DNA of 64,000 bases from Phoronis australis. Lineage: Eukaryota > Animalia > Phoronida. Made by a program: the position numbers and the translations under genes. Below are positions 33,844 through 47,519 of this stretch, one piece after another. The notes under the pieces were generated by a model, which searched no databases, was not told where the DNA came from, and saw only the letters and a program-made list of their open reading frames with translations. The stretch spans positions 467,441 to 531,440 of the forward strand of contig NMRA01000145.1 of NCBI GenBank assembly GCA_002633005.1, written 5' to 3'. Position 1 is the first letter of the stretch, and each line of letters starts with the position of its first letter.

Positions 33844-36072
33844 ATTTCGTGAAACAATAGTATCCTTGAGAGGATCTGGATCGCCTTATTTAGTTTCAGA
33901 TTTATTTTCTACGTTATTTATACAATGAAATGGCATGTACGTATATTACTGCACCTCACAATTTCATTATTTTTATTGCCGAGAATTCTTTACACGTTTT
34001 GGCCCTGTCATCCTTTTATGATGTGACTTTTGTAAATACATCTGTGTTCCTTGTGTACAATACAGTATTTTTAAGCATTTCCTTAGTTTTCATTGTAAAG
34101 AATAGCTGAATATAGTACATGTACATTATATTACGACAGGGTCAAATGGTTTGGAAAGAAAAAATATTTGTACTACCTAGAGAAAGAATCGCGCATCCGC
34201 CCACTCTGCCTAAATCTGACAGAAATTCTGATTGAAGCTTTAAACAAAAAACGGTCTCTTCAAGAAATATTCATGCTTCATGTGATGAACACTAAGTGTT
34301 CACGTGAAGGTGTAGCTATTTCCCACCGGCATTCCCAGTATAAATAGATTTGTGGTCTGTGTCTGAACTGGGCCAACAAAGCTGACTCACGCTGAGGTCA
34401 GAGTCACATTTTAGTCTCCTGCATAATGTTTGTCTAAGCCTTCTTTACGTGACTCGTAGTCTCGGATTTGTGCTACGTAAGCCACAAGAGCTGGCTTATC
34501 AAGATGCTTCTGTGACCATTTTGGGCATTTTTGTTTTGATGTCGCAAATCATTGTATTTCAGAAAAGTAATAAAGTCTCCATGTCCTACACATTTCCATG
34601 AAATTTAAATTTTAAAGTTGACTAAATGTGCAAATTATAGATGGAATGAAACATAATTGAAAATTAAATTCCATGAGGCGTGGTACTACGACTTCAACTA
34701 TTAATTCATTTACGTATTGTATCCACGACACGACAACAAAGATTTCCATCACAAAACATTCAGGAGGTTAGTTAGCAAAAAAGGTGTCGGTACGAGTAAA
34801 TGCTAACACAAGTTAGTGAGTATTAATTCTGACATTGTCATTTTCTTTCCAGATTCAGCTATTCATAATCTACTCCTTTCCAGTGCCTCTTGTAAACGAG
34901 TTAGTGACGCAGGCTTTTTGTCTGTCCAGGAGAAGAACATAAAACGATTTATTGACGAACAAATGCCAATGACCTCAACATGTTTGTAGAAGAAGTTAAT
35001 TTATAAACACTCTAAACATCTTCTCTTTTTTCAATTTACATGGTAAAACACAAGGATTCAGCTACTTATTACCATTCACTTTGTATCGTTCGACCACAAA
35101 ATCCTTTTGTTTTTTGATTTTATGATTTCCAATTCCTCCTGTTGGCTATCAGCTTCATTCTCTGAAATCGAGGCCGGTGAATTTTTTCATATAATTCCCT
35201 TAAAACACCCTGCTATTTACCGAGTGGGGTTTAATTACCAAGAAAAGGGTTGGACTGCTACAGCTGAAGTCGGGGATTCGAATCGGTCACAGACTGATAT
35301 GAAAAATACATTATTCTTGCCGATTGTACATCGTTTAGCCAAATATCTACAAAACTATACATTTTAACTCAGTAAACGTGTTTTTTTTCTGAAAGTAGAA
35401 AAGATGCAGAATTCGACTTTTGATTTTATACCAAACTTGCATTGATTGGATCACGTGACCATGTGCTTTAATTGAAATTAGCAAAAACGAAAGTTACTTC
35501 CATAACAAATCAACGGTATCAATAGCCTGATCAAATTCAGTTTGACATGAATATACAATGTGTATTCTCAAAAACGCTGTTCCAGTTTTCTAAATTACCA
35601 TTTCGTTTTCATTTGATGCTACTTTTCAGTTTTTTCATAAAAATGATAAAAGTTCAAATTTTTGATAGCCCCTCATGCAAAAGCGGAAAGTTTAAAAAAA
35701 ATCCTAAAAGCGTTTTGGACAACAGAGCACGAACTATGGTGCCTAAAAGTTTCATGCATAAAGGGCAGTTTCTTCCCACTGGTATCTTAAACGTATCAAT
35801 TATGAAGTAGGGGGATTAACTCTGACATATTGATCATGTTCCAATTGTTTTTAAAGCCCGGGGTGTACAAAATTTTGTTTAAAAACACGAACAGAAAAAT
35901 AATATTATCAACCAATACGGCGTGCGCAAACAGTTTGCTTCAGGATTCAATAGACGAGACTCATTTCATGCCTCATCTGCACAAAGAAAACTTGGAATGG
36001 CACCCAAAATTATAACGAACAAGGTACGGTCAAGTCGAGGAGGTATCGGAAAAAGGGAACGTCAAATGGATC

Positions 36073-37630
36073 CCAGGAATTTTGAGCCGGAGGAACGTGG
36101 GGACGGGAGGACACAAAGTCAGAAGAACAGCAAATATTGAAAACATGACTGTAGCTTATCTGGGAACATTGGAGCATTCATTTTGGGTGAACTGTGAGGG
36201 AGGAAAATGTTGGTACCGGAAAAACACTAATAGAGACGAAACGGAAGATGGTTCACTGAGACTTCTTGGGATCATGGTTACCTGACAGAAACCAGCGTTC
36301 CATAGACGCAAGACATTTGCGAAGAGAATTTTCACTGAAACAGCTAATCCTAGCGAAACCACGCAAGACTACACAAATTCATGCAAGTGAAGGCGAGTGT
36401 TTACTGAGAAAGCTCGGGAACTTCAGTGTTCGTATGCATCACCATCTCGGATCAGTCTAGGAGACTGGGTAGCCAAGTACATTATTCCCGTTTCATAAGC
36501 CAAGATTTCTCGCAGCAAGTTTCTGGCGAGTGTTTTGCTCTACAGTACGCAGCCCAGTTTAGGCGAAGAACTCCGCGTACAAACGGACAGCTAGAAGATA
36601 ACCTTCAGGTTTTGCCCAGAGGCAAATTTTGCACGCGGGCGACTCAATTTTCTCAGATTTTTACCATTTGTTCGAATAAAACGAGGGATGTCCTCACATA
36701 GATCGAGAGATGTTCGAATGTGTTTGACGGGGTTTGCGGTTGGGAAATTAAAATACCAACCCGAGTCAGTATGCAGGATGAGAGTAACGAGAGTCAAGCG
36801 AATTAAGACGCGCACTTGTTAGGAGCTTCTGTAAAAATCACTTCCTCGTAGATTTTCCATCAAACTGAGCGACACGTTCCGAAAGTGCCACATACATTTA
36901 TTGAAGTATCCCTGGCTAACATTGTCAGCGACAACAACCCGACTGGCGCCGTATACAAACAAAGGAGCATCCGAGTCATAATCAACACAAGAGGTCACTG
37001 TGAAAATTCTTGACTCATATGAGCTTATCAATAGACAAGAGAAACGGGCAGCAACAAAACCAGCAACCTACATTACGAGTATCATTTTCACTGCATGTTT
37101 ATAGCTCTATTCCGTGTTGTTCAGGTCTAACGAATACCCGCTGAGCTCATTGACCGAAGTTGTTGAAAATAGACCAAGGTAAGTGGAATGCATCGAACAA
37201 GATTTCTGTTGTTGCGACCACGCAGTGACATTTTGATCTAAAGAACAGCGATCACTGATTAAACCATCTATTTTGTACTTCCGTTTTTTTGGCTACGTGG
37301 TCGTTTATCGTAGGATAAAGTCTCATAAGATACACACCGAATTGTCAACAATTTCCGTAACGTACAAGCAATTTATTACGCTCATCTATGAATCAATTTC
37401 TTGGAAATCCAGGGGTTTAAACATATCTTATATAGTGGCAAGTATATTAGCTGCCACCACTAGGCATCGAATTTCAGAGCAAATGGTAATAACCGGGGTC
37501 GTGTCCGCTCTTAAGCGGCTTTCTTATCATGTGACCACGTATTGTTATTAAAGACTCTATGAAAGAACAAACTGAAATGCCAGACATTTGCACTAGCAAA
37601 TAAGTTGAAGTGGCAAAACTAAACCAGGGG
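36073..37630 (+). repeat. Segmental duplication block A (5' region of the TPR-TIR pseudogene), homologous to 52150-54957
   Basis: Long colinear matches, e.g. CATTCATTTTGGGTGAACTGTGAGGGAGGAAA, CACTTGTTAGGAGCTTCTGTAAAAATCAC, AAAGGAGCATCCGAGTCATAA, AAGGTAAGTGGAATGCAT, GAATCAATTTCTTGGAAATCCAGGG and ACAAACTGAAATGCCAGA. Confidence 0.92.
37125..37178 (+). other. Putative upstream exon (54 nt) of the TPR-TIR pseudogene
   Basis: Acceptor TTCCGTGTTGTTCAG and donor AAG|GTAAGT are both conserved in the duplicate (54113-54163). The exon is open in the phase that would join the main exon. Predicted only. Confidence 0.5.
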
Positions 37631-38099
37631 GTGATTCGCCGTAAAATGAAACAATTGTTACGTTTTACGTGATTGTTAAATTTTACGTTGGTAAGCCTCT
37701 CCTAAAATGTAAGAAGTTGTTACATTTTACGTAATTATTACATTTTACGTCGAATGCACATGCGAGAAATGTACCATTGTTACATTTTAAAAAACCAACG
37801 TCATATCACAAAGAAAATGACTAAAATCACGAACAAGTGGTATCTGACACGGCCGGGGTTACTCGTGTATTTTTGGACGAGTGGTGCCACCCGAAAAGGA
37901 ACATTTTAAATAAATTTTTTTAGAAAACAGCACCATTTCGGAGAGTATTTTTGGTGTGTAAAAACACCCTTTTGGGCGGAACTTTTCGTATGCCTCTTCT
38001 ATCGGAATACCCTCCGGACGGCTGACACGTCATAAATTTGGCTAACCATTATTATTATTATTACTATTACTATTACTATTTCTATTATTACTGTTATAC

Positions 38100-39240
38100 C
38101 GTGCGAGAAAGCTGCTGGTCTCGACGGGATACCTATTGAGCTTTACAAAACAGTATGCTTCTCCATAAGGAAGACTTATTGTTGCGTCTGTTCGCTCATG
38201 TGTTTAACTCTGGTTTCTACCACAGCCAGTGGTGTAAGGGTGTCACCATTGTTTAAGAATGATCCAAATAACTATCGTGGTATCACTCTACTTGACGTGG
38301 CAGGCAAAATACTTTCTAAGATACTCTGTAATCGCTTGAAGAAAATGAAACCCTATCGGAATGCCAAGCAGGGCTCCGAAAATGTTGTTCTACCGTAGAC
38401 AACATGTTCATTTTGCATACCCTAATTATTAAGTACTTGTTGTTCACCAGAGGCCGTAACTATTGTCTATTCATTGATTTTAAAAAGGTATTTGACTGGA
38501 CATGATGTGGTTTAAAATATAAATTGATCAGCCACAATTTATCTGGTAAAATATATAAAATATTGTGTGAAATGCATCGTGACGTGACGCCGTGTGTCCA
38601 GATAAACCAAAATGGTGAAATCACTGACTATTTTGATTGTTTGTGGGAAATGCATCGTAACGTGACGCCGTGTGTCCAGATAAACCAAAATGGTGAAATC
38701 ACTGACTATTTTGATTAATTTTGGGAAATGCATCGTAACGTGACGCCGTGTATCCAGATAAACCAAAATGGTGAAATCACTGACTATTTTGATTGTTTGT
38801 GGGAAATGCATCGTAACGTGACGCCGTGTGTCCAGATAAACCAAAATGGTGAAATCACTGACTATTTTGATTGTTTTTGGGAAATGAGACAAGGCTGTCA
38901 GATTTCACCCTATATATTCTCGATAAATTTGAATGGTCTTCAACGCCACCAATAATGATGCCGATGTGTCATTATAAGTATGTTGACGTTATACTGCTTG
39001 CTATTTGCAGATGATTTGGCTGTATTCTCTAAGACACCCATTGAATTGTAACGGCTGTTTAAGAAAATTAAAGTGTGTTGTAAACATGGAAACTAGTTAT
39101 TAACATGCAAAAAACTACAATTGTGGTGCTAGAAAAGGGGGATACTTACGTAATTTTGAAAACATGGTTAAGGCTAGTAAGAAATATCATGGTACTTATT
39201 TTACAAGCTTTTTTCAAGAATGGTCTGATACTACCTACCA
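38100..39240 (+). mobile_element. Decayed non-LTR retrotransposon reverse transcriptase fragment (CR1/RTE-X-like)
   Basis: KAAGLDGIPIELYK, PLFKNDPNNYRGITLLDVAGKILSKILCNRL, CLFIDFKKVFD, RQGCQISPYIFS and LLLFADDL motifs are spread over broken frames. Confidence 0.9.
38569..38886 (+). repeat. Tandem array, 4 x 78 bp, inside the LINE RT relic
   Basis: GAAATG unit starts at 38569, 38647, 38725, 38803 (and 38881). Units are nearly identical; the unit translates as EMHRNVTPCVQINQNGEITDYFDCLW. Confidence 0.95.
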
Positions 39241-39353
39241 CCTTACAGCCTGCGGAGTACCGAGATCAGGCAGGGCGCGGGGAAATAAAAGCGTGGGCTA
39301 ATTTTTAAAAGAGCGGATCCACTGATTAGCGTTGCCTGTATTACAGGTTCACG

Positions 39354-40073
39354 ATGGTTAAAAGAGAAGCCTCCAAGATGCATCGTAAAGATGGAATTGA
39401 TAACCTGTTCACCCATCGGTTCCTGCAGAACACGAAAGACTCGTCCAAGCAACCCGAGAACCGAGAACGCTTTTCAAGAGAAAGTCGAAGACGTCCCATT
39501 GTGATTATGCTGGGATATTTAAAATTTAAAGTTAAGAAATGCCCAAATGCTATCGGATGGTTTAAAAAGGTCCTTAAAGAAGATTCATACAATTTAAAGG
39601 CCTTGCACAGTCTGGTACTCGTTCACGACCTATTGAAATTGCCAAAGCGGCTGGAGAGTATGAGGAAAGAATTTACGATGTTCTAGCGATGATTCTATGA
39701 TGGACATTTCCATGGCGTGCGCCAAGTATGAACTTGCAGTCATTTAGACGACAGATGGTACTCATTTTCAGCCTGGTGGAGTTTCAGTAACCAAAAATCT
39801 TTTCTGTCAGGCTCTGTAAGGTAAAGAAATTCTCCACGTTGACCAGAAAGAAAGACAACTTGCTTACGCATTTTTTGCTTTAAATTTAGACCAAGTTGAC
39901 TGAACATTTCGTAGAAGCGGTGGGAAATTTCTATGGGATAATAACCATCAGTGAAGAAAAACACCTGGACGGAAGAACGCGCTGCGAGATAAAGTGACGT
40001 TAACTGCAAAGGCGTGGTGTTTTGGGGAAGTCTTTGGTTTAAACACAAATGATTTGAAGAGTACAGGAATTAA
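39354..40073 (+). pseudogene. TPR-TIR paralog 4, pseudogene (5' part only), closest to paralog 5
   Basis: Aligns to ~58181-58951 (MVKREASKMHRKDGIDNLFTHRFLQNTKDSSKQPENRERFSRE...) with deletions, frameshifts and stops. The same acceptor context CCTGTATTACAG|GTTCA is present. Homology stops at a TTAA at 40070-40073. Confidence 0.93.
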
Positions 40074-41161
40074 GAATGATTCCATAAAAATTCTATATGA
40101 AAATGACAATACTCAAAAATTCACACAGTGCTAACAGTTTGTGCATGTGTTGAGATGCTGGCCAAAGTACACTGCTGCAATCAATGACCTTTGGTTACCA
40201 AGTTATGACCTGTTTGTCTATAAAGGTATATTTGCATTTTATAATGTGAGTAAAATTTCATTTTTTGAATGGAAAAAATCAGACCTGAAAAACTGGTTGC
40301 AAAGTTTGGCATTGTAGGTCATAAGGACTCGTGTAAGGTTACTAAGAAAATGATATTTGCAACTAGCAGATACAATTAAATTTCCAGCAAGGGAGGAAAC
40401 AACGAGACCAGATTTCAGGCCTTTCACAAGTGGCAAGATGTTGATTAACCTGCCTGCTATATCGAAAACTATTTAAAGTTCAAATTCTCTGAGTAGATAC
40501 TTCTGAGATTGAACTTTATGACCTGTTTTGTTTTCTTTTTTTAAACTGGTCTCAAAAACATTTAGTGCTAAACGTAGTCCTCGAATTTGGGCATTTTTGT
40601 GATTTGGCTTTACTCACTGACTGACGACAGGATTGAGGCTAGTTTTTGGAGTTCATAGAATTTACCTAAAATTGTATGCTCTAATGTTATCCATGCTAAC
40701 TTGACGTTGTGCATTGCGAGTTGAGATTTTATAACGGATGATGTATTCTAATTGTTGTTCATGCTCATGCTATCTTCTTGTTGTGCATTGCCTGTAAAAA
40801 ATTCATAATAGGCAATGTGTTTTAGTTAAGTGTAGCGTCCTTATATCCACGTGTCCATGCTCGCGATGGCTTGATCCTGTGCTTTGCCATGCAGTACAGA
40901 TTTTATCACAGACGATTAGTTATATGTTCATGTTCATGATATCTTGGTGCTATTGTTATAAAGATTTTATTCTAGTCAATTTACCCCCAGCATCGTCCAA
41001 AATAATAACAGGTTGCATTTGACAAAAAAGTTTTTGCTGTTGAGTGTTTACAGTTGAGCAGTAGAACTTCTAGTCAGCTACTTTCACGCATTCGCCATGT
41101 TTACAAATACCCATCGAAAACGAGGCGAGCAGATGTGACCTAGTTCCGCCTTTTAACAAGC

Positions 41162-43507
41162 ATGTTCTGTTGTGTGCCGCATTGCAGCAGTTCATCAAAT
41201 AACTGTAAACTTTCGTTTCATAAATTCCCTAAGGATGAAGTTCTTCGTCGTAAATGGATTTGTAACATTCGAAGGGATCCTGGAAGACATTTCAAGGTAA
41301 ATGAAGTGCTGAAATAAATATTTTATCGTCGCAAATTTACTTAACGTAATTCGTACCGATCAGCTGAGATTGATCGAGTGATATCTGCCGACTTGTCTTG
41401 ATCATGTGTCAGTTCACTGTCGCAATTCCTTTCAAGCTGTGTTTTAACTTTCGGCAGGCTGTCAAGACTGTGACACAGTCTTAGCACATTTTGATAGATT
41501 TACGGTCGATTTGAATTACCTAATGAACCAGTCGTTTCACTCTGCCTGTTGGTGTTGCCAAGCAGTCTCTCAGACTCCCGGGGGTGATCACATTCACGGT
41601 CAAATCGGACAGGTTTCTGGAACTTCGGTAACTTCTACCTGCTCGTTGAACATAACTATCTGACTACCGAAAACATTTTTCAAACACTATTGACTAATCT
41701 CGTTTGTCTTTGCAGGTAGCTCTTGCGTAATTTATTTAACTTTTTGATTTTGTAGCTGACTGGAAGTACAACAGTGTGTAGTGCACATTTCAAGCCTCAT
41801 GACTATGTGTTTAATGGCTACTCCACAAGAAAAAAACTAAAACCTGGTGCGGTTCCTACAGTTTTCAACTGGGCAGAAAATAAAATGAAGCGAAAATCAC
41901 CAAAGAAACGATCAAGCTCGACAACAACGGTGTAAGTAGTAGTGACATATGACACTGACTGGTGCCTACATAATATGAAAATTTTACGATTGGAATTTTA
42001 AATGACAGTTAGTTGTACAAACTTTAAAGTCACTGTTTATGTCAAAAGATTGCTAAATCTACCCGGATAAAATTTGTTTTGATGTTGATCGTGCAAACTC
42101 GAATGTTGTTTCTGACTACTTTACATTGGCAACAAGTATAATTTGGAATACTTTCACAGCTGAAAAAATGACAGGAGGAGGATTGGAGGGGATATTTCTC
42201 AAATTCCTATGTGTTACTGTTTTTCCAACCCAGGAATTGTAGGACCAGTTAAGGCTGGATAGATGGTTAAAATCATTCGAACATGGAGTATTGATATGTT
42301 TGATGCTGAATTCCTCAATCTAAAGATTGTTAACATTCTGACATTTTACAGGTCATGTCCCTTAAGTGTAACTGAAGTTGAGGCGCTTAGTAATGAGCTT
42401 GAACGAGACGGGGATTTGTGTTCAACGACAGATGTCCAAGATGTATCTCAACATGTACCTTCTCAAGATCATGATTATGCAGTGCCTCAAGATGGTGTAC
42501 CTGACCAACTTCTTGCAGCACAGAAAGAAATTGAGAGACTTCAGAACTTAGTAACAGAACTCCAACAAGAAAAGTGTTTATATTCACGCTTGGCTACTGA
42601 TGAGAAAACTGTACTATTCTACACAGGGTTTAAAGATTATGAAACACTGATGTCATTCTATCGTGTCATTGAGCCATCCGCAGCTAATATGCTCAGGTAC
42701 TCGCAGTACAGGCGACGTATTCTAGGGGAAACAAAACAAAGTCGGATATGTTTTGCACCACAGTCCATTCCATTAGTCGATCAGTTTCTCTTAGTACTTA
42801 GAAGACTTCGGCTGGGCACTACAGACAGAGAGTTGTCCGATTCATTGAAAGTGAGTGAGTCGACAGTCAGCAGGATTTTCATTTCATGGATCAACTTTCT
42901 ATATTTTGTCCTTGGGTCTTTGCCTTTGTGGCCTTCAAGGGAGACAGTGCAGCAGACCATGCCAGATGCTTTTAAGGAAAGTTACAGTGCGACACGTGTA
43001 ATTTTAGACTGCACAGAAGTTTACATTCAAAAGCCTTCGAGCTTGGTGCTAAACACAGAGTTTTACAGTCACTACAAGGGCAGGACGACCTTGAAAGGTT
43101 TGGTTGGGATTGCGCCTTCAGGAGCGGTGACGTTCGTCTCCAAATTATATCCAGGGTCCATTTCAGACAAAACTATCACACGCCAGTCAGGTATTCTGGA
43201 CCTAATTGAGGAAGGTGACTCTGTCATGGCAGACAAAGGCTTTTTAATTCAGGATTTGCTGGAGAAAATCAATGCTCATCTTATAATTCCTGCATTTTTA
43301 ACAAGCTCAAGAACACAACTTGAAAGTTCCGAAATCAGTGAAACCCAAGCCATTGCACGTTTGAGGGTGCATGTGGAGCGCGTTATTGGCAGAGTGAAGT
43401 GCTTCCACATATTTAAGGGTGTATTACCTTTGTCACTTGCTGGGTCAACAAACCAGATTTGGAGTGTGTGTTGCTTACTGACCAATTTTCAGGGTGACAT
43501 TTTGTAA
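41162..43507 (+). CDS. THAP-domain Harbinger/ISL2EU-type DDE transposase (~488 aa); exons 41162-41296, 41756-41931, 42352-43507
   Basis: Spliced THAP C2CH: MFCCVPHC...SFHKFPKDEVLRRKWICNIRR / VCSAHF...LKPGAVPTVF. HTH: LRRLRLG...LSDSLKVSESTVSRIF. DDE motifs: VILDCTE, GSISD, VMADKGF, RVHVERVIGRVK. GT-AG boundaries keep the frame (phases 0, 2). Confidence 0.92.
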
Positions 43508-44773
43508 CGTGTATTTGTAAGTTATAAACACTGTGTTGTATTGTGGAGTTGGCCATTTCTGTACATTAAACACATATTACTCTCCTCATTAAGTGTTGAA
43601 GTAATCCACAGGCAGTCAATCGTTTAACAGTTTATGGTACATTGCAGTTGACTGCAACGGAAAAGTTTTCCACAATATGACATCCCAGTGAAATTTTGCT
43701 CAGTCAAATTAAAAAAAATGAAATTTTCGCTTCATTTTGTGCATTGTAGAGCTGTTGTCAACAAACACAAACTTTGCGCATTTTTAACAATGCTCTGAGC
43801 ATTTGATCAATTGGAAAATGTCAATTTTGGCAATCAGTTTTGTTGAAGGAAACTTTACCGTAAGTTCAAGTACTGCATACAGCTGTACCATGAATTTCCG
43901 AAAGATCACCCAGGGTGCTTTCAGAAAATGCACTTTGCGGCTTGAATTATTTTCCTGAAAAAGCGAACCATAAGCGCCCTTTCCAAGGAAAACAGGAGTG
44001 CTTTTCGGGAAAGCCAGTTTAACATAGGGAAGCGTTTGCATATGAAATTTATGTAATTTTAGACTTAAAACAATTTTCTGATGCCTGCATGAGTCTGGTA
44101 TTACAAAAACTGTCTTGTCATGTAGTAATCTAAAATCCCCGTTACATGTGCGGTTGCTCAGATAAACCATGGTCATCTAGCATTAGTCTACAGAAAAATA
44201 CGAAAGCCATAATGATTAATTAATTACAGGTTAACTGTCGGGACATTATATTTTTTGTAATATTGTAATATTTAAATTTAACTAAAGCGAAAACAAAACA
44301 CCAGACAAAACTATTTCTTAGAAAAATTCTCATTTTGCTTCGATACCATCAAACTGTTTAAATCAAAATGTAAACGACAAATGTAAAATTTCCAAAATAG
44401 CACCCATGGACATTCTTTCAGGGGGGGGGGCACTCTTTCAGAAATTCCTGGTTTCTTAGCCAATAAAGAAATTATCTTGTCCGGTGTTTAAGACTTTGCT
44501 GTCAACTGCCCCGTGACACTGCTGAGATTGCATCTTGCATCGTTTCAATTCAAAGAAATCTATGAGACCATTTATATCAAAAGTAGAGATTTCTTCAATT
44601 TGGGATAAAATGCGACACCCAAATGCAGTCAAATTAGCAGCATGGAAGTGTACAAAATGTGAAAACACTGAATAAAGTCAACAAACACATTCCTGTATTG
44701 CTTTGAAAATTTGTACAGTATTTACATATTTAACATGGACATACTTGTGGAAAAACAGGAGCAAGGTTTAAAT

Positions 44774-47519
44774 CTACTTCTTCAGTTTGACAATGGCTGG
44801 CAGGAAGTGACTAACAAAAAAACTATCCAACTTTCTTTTCATTTCCCGAAAGTAGTCACTGTCCATCAAAATTCTCTCACGAAAGTACGTGTCCCCACAC
44901 ATAACAAAAAAGTCGCACCATTCTGCTCCTGTGATAGCCATTTGTCCAATGCATTGATCGTAATATGCATGGCTACGCTTCAGCTCCAACCCGTTCTCGC
45001 TGTCATTTAAATATGCAACCTCAGCAAGGGTTTCCTTGGTGGAGCATTTCACCTCCAAAAGTCCCCACTGAGGTTGTCCATCAGGGTCAAATACGCGGCG
45101 ATCAGGGCTGCACCCTAAGTGACAAGCCGATGGGTTTATGACAAAGCCAATGTCGTGAAGATCAACTCCAAACGTTTCAGAGTATTTTTTCGCAGCCACA
45201 GCCTCGTGGTCAATGCCATATTGCATGGCTGGCGTACTGCGGACTTTTTTTGTAAGCATGTCTGTGGCCAACTCCTCAAACTTGCTACGCCGAGCTGTTA
45301 CAGACCTAAACTTCGACGCTGTTAGTCGCAGCTCGCGTAGCCTAAACCACTCGGGGCATTCACTTTGCTTTCTTGTCTCTCGCTCGTACTGAAGTGACTC
45401 TAGTAACGTAGTTTGTAGAGACTTAAGCACAATTTTCTGCGCATCGCTTGCTGCATCCATGTCGATCTCCATGGGGGGTAGTCGGGGGATGTCCAATTCG
45501 GGGGGAGTGCAAGGACCCAAGAAAACCATTTCTGGGACTGATTTTTCTTGATATGATAATAACGAACCCTTCACTACGGGTCCAAAGTTTGAGTCCACTA
45601 AGGGTAAGTTGTCGCTGACGTTCCAAATCTTTACCCATTTGGGCGGCTTCCCTTGATTTGTAAAAGTGGGCATCAGCTGGTCGACCATGCTTGGCACCGT
45701 GCTGAGCGGCGTGGAAAGAGGGTTCCACAACGTTGACTTTACGCCCTCTTCCACCCGCTTGCGTTTCGATGAACCTTCACCAGTTGACGAGGGGAAGACT
45801 GGCTTATTGACAATCACATCAGTGACAGGTCGAGTTGCGAAGCCCTTTGTTCGTGGGGGAATGGTCCAGGTGCATCGCTCGTCTGTTTTCGAAACAATTT
45901 CTGGGATCTTCTTTAACTTCAAGTTTTGGTAGTGATTTATCTGAAACAGTAGTGCAACTTGATGTTGGCAGAATCCCCTTCCTGCAGTACACGAACAGCT
46001 GTGCTCTGTGATGTCAACACCATTGACATTTGTTAGTGTAAACTGAAAAAGAAAGTTAAGATTGAACTGATAAGTTTGGACAACTATATTACCATGTTCA
46101 AAAGCAATTTATCTGGAAGTTTTGAGAAAAAAATTCACGCCAAAGCCAAATGACTGCTTTAAGTGTCAAATACATTCAGTCTCACAATAACTTTCAACTG
46201 TCTTGCAAATTTTACAATTGTATCTTACATGGGTAACACCGCATATTCTCTCAATATTGAAAGACATGTTACCAAAACAAAGTTATTAGCCACAATAATT
46301 AAATTCCATGTGTTGCTGTTTAAATAATTGGTCAACGCAATTACAAGACAACAAATCCGTAAAAAGTAATGGTTGAAGCAGCCATGAACCTGCATTCCCT
46401 CACAGAAAATGTAATGTATAATTCAAGTGATGTAACAGCTATACAACTGATCTTGTAACTTCTCATCAGCTCACGTGTGAATAGGTTTCATGTCTGTTGA
46501 AATAGAAGGTAGGTTTATAACTGCATTACCTATTGAGAGTGGGTAAGTGACTAAAAGCAAGTACAAATACCTTAAGGGAATGTGGCTTCTCATTTTTCTT
46601 GAAACTTCTGTAGCAGCTGCACCTGACTTCATGACCGCTTGCACAGGCTCTCACTGAAAGAATCAGGAACGTCAAGTTATTAAAATTCAAAGCAACAACA
46701 GACAAATTGATTCAGGTGCTGGATATGGAGTGATTGGAAAGCATGCAGGAGCTACAGCCCGGGGACACTCAATCTCAATTTATTAGGAATGGTAGAGACG
46801 TGCTGCCCATATGGGTCATATTTTTCAGTGTTTTGGCATAAGTTTGGGTAGCTTTTTGCACAATTTTTGAAACTATAATTTGTGTGTCATTTTGCATTAA
46901 GTTGCAGTGCCCCCCCCCCCCCTCCAGGCACCCGGGAGCTGCATATTTACCCATTAGACAAAAATGGGGTTACGTAATTCCCAACAAAGAGTACGGACAT
47001 AAACTCTTCTGCCTTTTAAAATAAATACAAATCTCGTACTCAATGCGATTTTCACTATCTTACTTAGGGTGATTGCAGAATGTGGCTTTGTCAAACTTTT
47101 GACGAATTTCCGATAGTCAGCACCAATCAATGCAGTACAAAGACTAAGGACTCGAGACCCGAATAACACAAAACTGACAAGAGCTATAACCATGATTAAA
47201 CTGCATCAAATTCCACCATTTCTTCGATAGTTATAACTTTCAGAGCATAAAAACCGAAACCCACGTCTGTTTTCGTTCGTTTTGTGACGGGCACACTGTC
47301 GCGGAAAGAAACCGCGGGAAAACTGCTGAATTTCCGACGACTCAAAAACTAAAACTTACCTTCTACGTTGTGAATATAATGATCCCAAAAGAACTTGTAG
47401 CCTTTCTGAGTTGAATTTTTCGGCGTTTTTGTATATTTTTGGGAAATAGCGTCCACACTGGAAAGACTGATAATTGGTAAACCGTCAATCAATTTTGACC
47501 AAGCACTGGGAGCTTCCAT
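44774..47519 (-). CDS. SWIM zinc finger + YqaJ/lambda-exonuclease-like protein (~503 aa); exons 47519-47360, 46653-46571, 46042-44774
   Basis: Spliced N-terminus MEAPSAWSK...KGYKFF.../VRAC...CYRSFKKNEKPH. SWIM: CSCTAGRGFCQHQVALL. YqaJ motifs: QSECPEWFRLRELRLTASKF, YGIDHE, HLGCSPD, LLEVKC, YYDQCIGQMAITGAEWCDF. Confidence 0.92.

Noticed and set aside
38569-38886. Possible CRISPR array
   Set aside because: The units are contiguous near-identical 78-mers with no unique spacers, lie within a LINE RT, and have no cas genes nearby in a eukaryotic context.
42263-42351. ORF-track N-terminus of the transposase (MVKIIRTW...)
   Set aside because: It is upstream of the acceptor at 42350-42351; the real N-terminus is the spliced THAP domain.
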